A stretch of 56,995 nt of DNA, counting the filler, from Catajapyx aquilonaris (taxonomy: Eukaryota): the NCBI GenBank assembly GCA_000934665.2. It is 4 parts of 4 records of this genome, joined end to end, with 100 filler letters (N's around TTAATTAATTAA, not from the genome) between each part and the next. Parts side by side here need not be neighbours in the genome. Positions count along the whole stretch, not along the records: positions 42,827 to 56,995 come from KZ539744.1; 3 more parts are not named here. One strand, given 5' to 3'. The notes beneath the pieces are model-generated. The model saw only the letters and a program-made list of their open reading frames with translations. It was not told the origin of the DNA and did not search any database. Position numbers and translations under genes: made by a program. Shown one piece after another: positions 46,893 to 56,995 of this stretch (positions are counted from its first letter, which is position 1; each line of letters opens with the position of its first letter).

Positions 46893-49420
46893 CAGTAACT
46901 CTCCACCCCGAAAAAAATGCTAGATCACTCTATGTCAACAAATGCAAAAATTCATTTCCTATCTAAAAAAAGAAGCGTGCACTTCTTCATTCAAAACCTT
47001 TCTATTCACCGTCCCCCCCTAAAATTTGAATCAAAATGACAGTACATTTCACGCGGTATGTGTAACCCGATTTACGTAATCGACCGTACACGGTCTCCTT
47101 TCGCGAGGTTTGTATGCCAAATAGCGCGGTACAAAATTGCACCCCTGCTTTTTTTTCTTGTTTGGGATTGTCCTCACCGCTCACATACCACATTCCATCT
47201 AAATCAAAGCGCAAAACGCAGTTCCAAAAAAATTTTAATTCAGTTCAGGGTGGGCCAAAAAAGCGAGCCCAGCTTTTGGAGGGGATGTCGTCCTCACCAT
47301 TTTACCCTCTTGATTTAGATCCATGGATTTAAAAGACTCGGAAACCATAAACTGGAAGCGTACGCTAACCCCTCCCATCCCCTAACCATCCTTCAAGCAG
47401 CTTAAATGACGCATGATTCTAATTACGATCAGACATTACCTTATTGCAATTTCTAGTCCACAAAACTTGATATTTCGACTACACTTTCATAACAGGAGAT
47501 CCCACACTTTTCCCTACATTCCTATGGGTGTATCCGCTGAAGGATAGGGGTGTATCCTCTGAACCGGCAGAAGGATAGGCGTGTATCAGCTGAGAAGGAA
47601 GGGATCCGGACTTTTCGCCCCCGGCATATTGGCCCCGTGACAATTTCTCCCCGGAGTATTCGCCCCCGCGACATATTCCATAGGTAATGGGGTAGGTTGG
47701 CGCATCGTGCCACTACCCCTGCCATATTCCTTTTTAAAAAATATATATACCCCGTGATAGGGCCATAGGCCCTTATAGGGGAGTGGAATACCACCATTTT
47801 TCCTTCAATTTTCTATTTTTCTTCTAACTCCGGTGCAAGGATGAAAGGACATGAGGTAATAAGGGTAGGGATTTTCCCTACCCCTGCCATATTCGATCTC
47901 CCATTACGAAAGTCCTTCCGATTTTTCGACAGAACCCCCCCCCCCCCCAAAAAAAAAAACCAATCAAAATTTGAACTGTTATAAAAAAATAACTGGTTTG
48001 CAGAAGAAAAATTGCTGACATTAGGATCAGAAATATTCAGTGTTGCTATTTCACCCTGTTGATGAATTCAACCCATGGCACCTATTGTTGGGTATGAATA
48101 AGCGCCTTTCTTATATATTCGAGATGAGAAATAGCAGACCAGAAAATGCGCAGGCAGCACTTATCCCTCCCAAAAATGAATTACCCGCACTTCATTTCAA
48201 CGCCACAAGTTCTGACAGCCATTTCGCCTAATTACACTCGCAAAATCGCCCAAAAGGGGAAGCCCGAGTTTTTGCGACAAAATATTTCCCTTTTGCCGCA
48301 TTTGTACATGTATAATCCCCCCCTATGAAAAACGACGGCAATCCTCTCCTCTCAAGAAAGCTGGAAGCAAAACTCTTTTGCTGCTGCATACAGTATTATA
48401 TGTATAGGCCCTGATGGCAAGCTCCTTTTTCGGGGGCACCACAGTTGTTCACACCGCATGAATAAGTACTCTCTTCCGCTTCCATGAGCCTTTCCCATGC
48501 AGTAAAAGGATGTTCTCGAAAAAGGTCCTGGGGATGTGGATGGATTGAAAAATACATACATTTCCGGCCAAGTAGCAGCTGTCTGCAAGACTTTTGGCCA
48601 ACTGGTCTTCTCAACCTTGGACGGTCAACTATATGACGTGCGAGACGTGCGAGTAAGAAATGGTAGCCCTTGGGTGACGTCACTGGCCTTTTCGCCCCCG
48701 CCGTTTCGCCCCCGTGACAATTTCGCCCCCGGAGTATCGGGGACAAGCCACATTGCCCCACAGCCGGTGACGTCACTCAAAGGCCTACTTCTTCTTACTC
48801 GCACGGCTCACAGCGACTTCTGCCGCATCAGAAATTGTCGCTAGCAGTATGATGCATGTCCAACACTGTATGTTGGCCTGTTTCAATATTCACTTGGCGA
48901 AATTAATCTTCAGGGATGCCTTCCGCCTGCCAGAGGACATTAACATTACAGTAGGGCGTGTAATTGAATAGTGAGGTGACGGTATGATTGGCGTTAGGGA
49001 GGGGGGTGTTAATGGGTGTACAATACTCGATCCGGAAACCTCGTCAAGAGGATTGTAGTTAAACTCAGAGTCCAATAGCGACTCGTTAATTTATTATGGG
49101 AGTCGTTACGGTTTGCAGAGAGGTTCCCAAATATGTATGGATTGATATGCAAGCAGCCATTCTATTGGAAAGTGCTGGTTATAAATGGAACATGGTGATG
49201 AGGGAGGCATGAATTTATGGGTGGTCGTCGCATGTTAGCGTTTCTCGTGCATGTGCACGTTATTTATTTGCAACATGCAATCAGATACATTTCGTATAGT
49301 TAAGAGTGAATTATGCTTCCTGGTCTGTTGCATCTACGAGCTTTGGTGTGTGTATTAGTGTGTCATCAGGCTAACCAGTAGATACTCAAAACAAATGTAA
49401 AATGTACTGTTGGGACCATA

Positions 49421-49594
49421 CACTCTTAACCATTTACCTTCTCTAGAGAGGGTAAGAAACTGGCCATTTTTTTACCTTACATTGTAGGGTAAATATTCTT
49501 AGGTAAATTGATTCTAAGGTAAATTTTGCATGTATTACCTTAGAAAATAGAGGGTAAAAAAGAGGCCCTTTTTTACCCTCTATTTTCTAAGGTA
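49421..49594 (+). mobile_element. Truncated copy of the CACT-ended palindromic MITE at 53515
   Basis: CACTCTTAACCATTTACCTTCTCTAGAGAGGGTAAG... is near-identical to the sequence starting at 53515. Confidence 0.85.
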
Positions 49595-52500
49595 TTTTTA
49601 TAAGACCATCATTCTCAGCATGCTTGTAACAACATCTAACGCATCTAAATAATTTATATTATTAGGATAAACACTTACCAACACCCTTCCTCGACGAAGG
49701 AAACATTATTGAATTTGTGACCCCCTCGAGTCTCATGAGGGGTCCAACTCCTTTGGAATTCAAAACTCATTACCAATTTCATTAACCCGGCAAAGGAACA
49801 AAGAAAAGAAACTTATTGACCAAATTGCTGCTGGAATTACGTCAGATGCTCATGGGGGTAAATGGGGGTAAATTTTACCCCCTTACCCACCCACTCCACC
49901 CCACCCACCCACCCACCAGTTCTAGAACGGCCGCATTGGACTGGAAGGGCTTTGAAGATTTGCTCTCCCAAGAGGAAATTGCCCCCTACTCACGCTTAAG
50001 ATCAAAGGCAAGCCCTCTTCGGCCCTTCCTCATAACGAGCACTACCCCCCCCCCCCCCCCCCCCCNNNNNNNNNNNNNNNNNNNNNNNNNNNNNNNNNNA
50101 AAAATGGGGGTTACCAAACCCGGGCCGGGGCTTCCCCTTTTTTTTTGGGGGGGGGGGGGGTGCTTTTGGGCACTCAAATACAAATCAAAATTGGTCCACG
50201 CTAACGAAGGTCAATATTTTCAGAGCATTGCCTGCAATTACAACGTCGGATTTTTTTTTGAGGAGCCAAATGTGATTGTATGAGCTGAGGCAACAACGCG
50301 GTTTGACTTGACAATAATAATTACAAAGTATATTATTCAATTAGTTCATAACGTCACGTTGGCATAAAATAATTAGCAGCACAGTGTTTTCACCCACTGA
50401 ACCGCAAATTTCATTTAATTACAATACAGGCACGTTACAAACTAAACAACACAAAATATTACATAACACCCCCCCACNCCCCCCCCCCCCCCCATATTTC
50501 AAGCCATGTGTAATCATGTAATTAATCACAACAAAAGGGGCGACTGGTACAGTTCATGCACAACAAGATAATTTTGTACAAAAAATGAGGTTACCATAAT
50601 AGAGTGGTTAAGTCATAAAAAAATTTTTAAAACGCTTACAAACAGCCAATAATTAAGGAATAAAAAAAGCGGATCCTGCTGATTGCACCCCAAACAAAAG
50701 TGGTTCCCCCCCTAAAAAAGTGAGTGGGACAAAGACCCTAATGTGGACGAAATTCGGCTAAACCAGCAAGCCAGCACGATACGTTTCATTCCCATTCGTG
50801 CCACGCCTCTAATAACAAAAACAGGCATTACTATGCATCAGAACAAAAAAAATATATAATGCCACCCACCCCAGGTCCTTTTTTCGCAATTAATTTNCCC
50901 CCCCTATCATTGATCCGGACTCTGTTCCGGAACCCCCACAGCCTCATTTCATTGGTTATAGGACACTCTGACGTGGAACCCAAACCAAGCGAAGATAATC
51001 CGGTACGACGGCAACGTAGGGCTTAAAACAGGGGGGGTCCTTGCCGCGACAAAAAAAAGCGACGAAAAAAAAAGTGATTTACCACACGACGCGACGCGAC
51101 GCGACCATAACGCGATTAATTTCTTCCCGCTGATATTCTACACTCTGTGTCTTTTTTTGTGTGCACATAAGCTGGTATATATTTCGTTCCTTTGTGAAAC
51201 GGCGGTTCATACAGTGTGTTGACTTGCGTCCTTTGAAACAGGTAGTAATTCTTTCATAGAGACAATGAAGGCAATCTTACATCTATCTATCTATATAAAT
51301 AAAGCCGTTTGTGATCTGTCTGTCCGCCTGGACTGCCAACTGTGATTTTCCTGCCATCTGTGGTCCGTTTCCTACACCTCCAACCTCTCCCGGATGGCGG
51401 TAGCTGGCAGGGCCTTGCTAGCTCTTCCGGCTATACATCACAGATGGCAGTGCTGAAATGGTGCGGTATGTTCGAAAAGTACCAAAAAAAAACCATTTTT
51501 ACCAAAGGTCGTGCCTTCTAATCCTTAAAAGAAAGGGCGGTAATCAAATTTCCAGTGAATTCATTACTTTCTGTGGCTGTTTTGCATTAATTGCATAAGT
51601 GAAAGGGGGGAAATGGAGGTGGTGGAGAATTTCTGGGGGTATTTTGCCTACAAAACAATGGCCTCCCGACGTATAGTCTTCAGCTGGGGTTTTTTTCAAA
51701 TGCGACAGACGTTACTGGGGGAAGGAGCAGGAGGGATGGGGGTTGGCTGGGGAGGTTCATTATGGGCGTGAGACTAATAAATTATTCATGATAACCTCGC
51801 AGGGAAGGACCCGTCTGCTTTCTTTTCCGTGAAAATATTTATACAGATTTTTTTCCCCCTCCTTATTCTGCCACTGTAGAGCCTAAAAACATACCAAAAT
51901 GGTCAAAATGTACTCAGCCAAGGTGGCAGTTAAAATAACAATATACTTTATAAATTAATATTTAAACCTCTAACAAGCATAACTGAATATGACGCTATCA
52001 CTTGCATGTGATGTCATGTCAGATATGATCATGAAACTACGTCGCACAAGCAAAATCGATAGTGTAGAATGGCGTGTAGAAAATAGGCGTAATTTTTTGG
52101 GGGGTTATATAATACCCCCTCGACAAGCTGTTATGATGTGTGGTAAACCCCCTGACCTTATCATGCTTTCTGTTCATGAAAAGTGATGCACAAATATGTC
52201 AAATATTCCGCGGTAAAAATGTAGGGGACATGCAGGGGACACTACAGTTTCATTTAAAATGCAAAAAAAAATTCCAGTCACTCCAGAGAGTGTCTGTTTG
52301 GAATTTCAGGGACGTACAGAAGAAACAATATTAAGTTGTCGCCTGTCCGTCTAGTTTTTCAGCCCATATTAAGCGTGTCGCTGCTCATTTACTCAAAATA
52401 TGAATTTTTCAGCAAAATAACCCAGTGTGGCCAAGAAAGTTTTCACACTATACATAATAACTTCAATATAACTATTAGATTACCCAGAACCATATTTCGA

Positions 52501-53514
52501 AAGGCAGCTTCCTGACTCACATTTGTGACGTCATATCCGTCACGCTCAGTCACGCCGTTACGGACGTGACCAAAAAATCCTTGTACTAAAAGTCCACTAA
52601 AATAGCGATTGTTTCCGCCACACACAATCTTTTGCAACATTTTCCAAACATGCACTTACCCTACTGGAGGATTACTGTGGAGGATTGGCGGGGGATTTTC
52701 TCCACAAAGCCACTTGTAATTGTGCCAACTCCCCCTATGCCCTCCAAAAAAAACCCGCCAAAAATTTCGTACTCTCCTCATTTTGGCGAAACAGTCCTCA
52801 TAGACCTAACAGAAATTCCGAAATTGCCAAATATCAACTTTATGGTAGTGCAATATTCCAACTTGCATCGGAACCGAATGGCAATGAAACGGGGCATTTC
52901 CTGGGTGTGTCGTTTTTGCGAAAATTTCGCGGCCAGCTAATTGGCAAATGAGGGGGGGNNNNNNNNNNNGGGGGGGGCTATAGGTGGGGGAGTGGAAGGA
53001 GGGCTAAGTAGTAATGAAGCAGTAAATGACTCAGACACAGAGATTAGGCGGATGGGTTTACGGGCATTTGGGCGTGTCTTCCTTTACTATGTGTCTTCCT
53101 AATTTTGTGCCAGACCGGTTACAATTACTGCTTTAATTGCCGTTATATAAGCAGGTAAAATAGTCACAGGATCTGGGATTAAATATGCTCATATTCGTCA
53201 ATCTGGCATGGCCGTGCGAGTAAGAAGGGGTCCCGGACTTTTCGCCCCCGGACTTTTGTGATTAATGTCCAACACTGTAGTGCGACAATGTATGTTATGA
53301 CCCCCCTTTTGTACTGATGTACATTGAATGCAACTCTGAATGCAAATGTGTTGAGTATTTTATGTGTGGCTTTTATAGTGGATAAACAAAGCAAAGAATT
53401 TACATCTCTGGGTTACCCACAGGCACTTAGGGGCACTCGCATTTTAAACACCAAGACAACTGTACACTCCTGTGGTATTCATTAATCTCAGTTCATTTCA
53501 GCCAGGTTTTACCA

Positions 53515-53796
53515 CACTCTTAACCATTTACCTTCTCTAGAGAGGGTAAGTGGCCATTTTTTTACCTTACATTGTAGGGTAAATATTCTTGGGTAAATTG
53601 ATTCTAAGGTAAATTTTGCATGTATTACCTTAGAAAATAGAGGGTAAAATGGCCTCTTTTTTACCCTCTATTTTCTAGGGTAATACATGCAAAATTTACC
53701 TTAGAATCAATTTACCCAAGAATATTTACCCGACAATGTAAGGTAAAAAATGGCCACTTTCTTACCCTCTCTAGAGAAGGTAAATGGTTAAGAGTG
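53515..53796. mobile_element. Palindromic MITE with CACT ends
   Basis: CACTCTTAACCATTTACC ... GGTAAATGGTTAAGAGTG; the whole element folds back, with ~135-bp arms. Confidence 0.85.
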
Positions 53797-53808
53797 GATT
53801 GTTAAAAG

Positions 53809-53974
53809 CAAATAGGACAGTCAGAAACAGTCTTCAGCAACACTTGACAAATTGGATAATTATAGTGGACAGCATTTACAGTGAACATATACATATGTTC
53901 ACTGTAAATGCTGTCCACTATAATTATCCAATTTGTCAAGTGTTGCTGAAGACTGTTTCTGACTGTCCTATTTG
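53809..53974. repeat. Perfect palindrome: 82-bp arms, 2-nt loop
   Basis: 53809-53890 is the exact reverse complement of 53893-53974. The loop is AC. Confidence 0.95.
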
Positions 53975-54892
53975 TCACTAAGCCAAACTCTGGTTTCTGA
54001 ACATTACCGTACCGAAACGGTGTTGCTGGCTGATGTCTGATACTTGTCAAACTCCGGATGAAAGGTTAGGGTAGTAAAACTGAACGTGGCCAATTCGTGC
54101 AAAAAGCAAGCCTGGGATCTAATTCGAGCCCGGGGACAACCCACGGGGACAAATGAAAAGAGTCAGTGGGATGTAATTTTAGGCGCCGGCTACACTGCAA
54201 ATTATGCCACGTACATAACACTGAGCGTAACGAAGTGGGACCACCAGTATATCATTTGTGCCTGGGTGCATGGGCGAGTCCCCCACCAGAATTTTGCATG
54301 TGCCATGAAAACAACAAAAAAAGGGGGGTAGCCAATAAACAAGCCTTATTTGCATGCTTTCAAATATCCTATTTCAACAAAAATAGGGGCCAGTTTGCAC
54401 TGATCACAGGCGGTAAATTATTAAGTGCATGGCAGCTATCGCGATCAAAACGGCAGGGAATTAGTACAAAATACACGCCACGGGTATTGTCAGCAGTGTA
54501 AAGCATGTGCATCACTCACACATGCACTACTATTCCCTTAGGTCTATTTCCCCGATATCCTTCGAGCATGGTCAGATTTGTCAGTAATATGACACAAAGA
54601 CGTCTTGCGGATTTCATGTCATTGCGATTGATCATACAATACGGTCATTGCTGTAGCAACAACTTCGAAATGTTGCAGTACACAGAAACGACCCAGATAC
54701 ACTCTGCATGTGCACTAAAAAAAAAGGTTGCGGCATGATAGGTTAAGCATGTAATCAAACGTCGCATTATTCCAATTATCAAGTAGTACCAATGTCATGT
54801 TACACGTACACTTATGGATAATATGGCATAATACGTTTTATTAAACACGCACGCAAAAAAATGTACGGGTTTTGCTAATATATCTGAAAACT

Positions 54893-54968
54893 GGGATCCG
54901 GACTTTTCGCCCCCGCCGTTTCGCCCCCGAGGGGGCCAATATGCCCGGGGCGAAAAGTCCGGGACCCT
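54893..54968. mobile_element. Tiny MULE-like MITE with TTTCGCCCC subterminal repeats; relatives at ~43675-43750, 47601-47680, 48690-48740, 53228-53258
   Basis: GGGATCCGGACTTTTCGCCCC ... GGGGCGAAAAGTCCGGGACCC. Flanks TCTGAAAACT and TCTGAAACT suggest a ~9-bp TSD. Confidence 0.6.
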
Positions 54969-56995
54969 CTGAAACTAGTAGTAAAACCGCTCTTACACCC
55001 AAAATAAAAAAAGTTGTCAGCACAAGTGTTAGCCGTTAATTGATTCTATCGTAAACATCCTGGCGGGCAGCTATAGGATATGGCAATATGCCCGATAATT
55101 TACGGCCAATTCCTTACGTTATGATAGAGAGCACTTGATTACACCATCGCATCGTCGGTGTAATCAATTACAAGCGTCAACGATGCATTTTAGACAATGT
55201 TTGATTACGGACTGATTAGATTTTTCCCAAAGCAAAGGAATTTATAGAAACATCAGTTTTGGGCCTTATTTTGATCTTAAAGCAGAGTCGTTCCGCTTTG
55301 CCCCACTACGTGTTCCACTTTACCCCGCAGGTAGGGCAAAGTGAAACGGGTTGGTAGGGGGTTCAAAAATAAGGTTCTAACTCCTACGGTAATTGACTTA
55401 TGTAATTCATCACTTCAGGTATTACAGAGGAGACATAAAGGTATTGTGCTGTGCACATTAAATCCCATCAAGTTTTTCATCTGATTTGAAAAAAAATTAA
55501 CATCCCTGAACTGTTCCGCTTTGCCCCACTTATTCCCACTGCTTTCACTCATGCAACTCACAATATTACATGCTATCAGTGGAGTTTTTGGCTACTATAC
55601 CCCCAGTATATTTCAATATCATGTCACATAGAATCGGAAAAGCTTCATGCAACTTCTCCCCATATATAGACAGATTTCATTGTGTATCACCCCAAGCTAT
55701 AAACCTCATTGTTGTAAAGCTACATCATTTTTCCATCTCTTTTTTTTCGGACTTCCCTTCTCGCTTACTACACACAAAACTCCAATTCCACCATAAATCC
55801 TGATTAAATTACCAGTTTTTTCACCCCCCCCACCATATACCATCCCTTTTAAAAAAACACAATCGATTCAACGTTGTTCGCTCTTTGTCAGCACACTTTC
55901 CTTGGAAAGTTGACAACAGACTGACATTCCCTTTAAAAAAAATGAGTCCACAGAAGCCAAGAAGCTGACTCTTTCTTTCTATATATTTTTTTGGTACTTA
56001 GGCCTACCACTCGGGAGTGATTAAAAGCCTCTTCGTGTATCCCAGACGCGCATAGAAACGTTAGGGGGATCGGGTAACATTGTAAGCCTCTTCACTTGGA
56101 GGGGGTCTCCATTGTGAGAGAGGTTCCTAAGGCGAGACCCCCTAAAGAAAAGGCGGTTCGTGCTCACTTTGTCGCCCTTTTCGCATGCCAGATAAGAAAT
56201 ATAGCCTAGGGATTAACAGGGAGTGAAGATGTTTGGGTTTATTCGGACTCATGCGTCGATTGTACGAGTGTGAGACCATCACAGGGTCAGAAGATCGTAA
56301 TGCAAGATATTGGCCCACTTTCAACACATTCGAACTCATTTAAACATTTAAAAAATAATAAACAGTGCCTTTATTTTCATCTAATACATGTTTCACAACG
56401 TATGTTCCCGATGCAAATCAAAATGGAGGCCTCGACGTATGCCCCAGGGTGTTAATTAGGGGTAGTTTTTAACGGGGAAGGTTTTTAGCACATTGGACTT
56501 GACCTCCGAGGTCATCCTTGGCCGCATTTCACAACGTATGTCCCCTTGTTCCCGATACAAATCAATACGGATGCCTCGACGTATGCCCCAGGGTGATCAT
56601 TAGGGGTAGTTTTTAACGTGGGAAGGTTTTTATCACATTGGACTTGGCCGCAGGAGGCGAAATACCATGTCCCCATTTCATCACACTGACAAAAATGGCC
56701 GGTGGTTTCACTTCTCCAGTAACTAGGTAAGTACCATAATATTTTGCACAAAAAAATCTGACGAGTCTTGAACATAAACCTAAAATTAATTTTAGAAAAA
56801 AAATAATTCCAGTTCAAATGTCGCTAGAGATGCTGACTGTGCACCACTTTCAAATTCTCCATGAATTTATTACAATATTTACGAGGGTTTCTGGCCCGAA
56901 GTGACTCCATGACATGGAAATAAGAAGGATGGGGTCAAAACGGGTCTAAAATTTCAAAATGTAGTTTATGGACGATCCTCCCCTAATTTCCCCCA

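Noticed and set aside
42827..56995. Short ORFs in contig 4 (e.g. 49816, 43112, 54166)
   Set aside because: No recognisable domains or consistent exon structure; several span N runs or repeats.

Overview
Eukaryotic, TE-rich genomic DNA, most likely from an arthropod (inferred from OBP-like genes, Inr-type promoters and SINE types). The window is not one locus. It is four contigs of almost equal, decreasing length (1-14183, 14284-28457, 28558-42726, 42827-56995) joined by an artificial 100-bp linker, N44-TTAATTAATTAA-N44. Contig 1 holds the first coding exon of WDR92/DNAAF10 and a single-coding-exon C14orf119 (DUF4508) gene, both on the minus strand, among SINEs and MITEs. Contig 2 holds the last three exons of ZC3H14/Nab2 (+), several SINEs, piggyBac-like and Kolobok-like non-autonomous elements, a mariner fragment, a ~2.1-kb foldback element and a decayed LINE with an internal inversion. 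Contig 3 is the main finding: a tandem cluster of five intact six-exon genes that the ORF track misses. They encode secreted, acidic 130-133 aa proteins with an invariant, non-canonical 8-cysteine pattern resembling odorant-binding proteins, share a conserved promoter block, show signs of accelerated amino-acid divergence, and sit among remnants of further copies. Contig 4 has no recognisable gene; it contains MITEs and palindromes, including a perfect 82-bp-arm palindrome.
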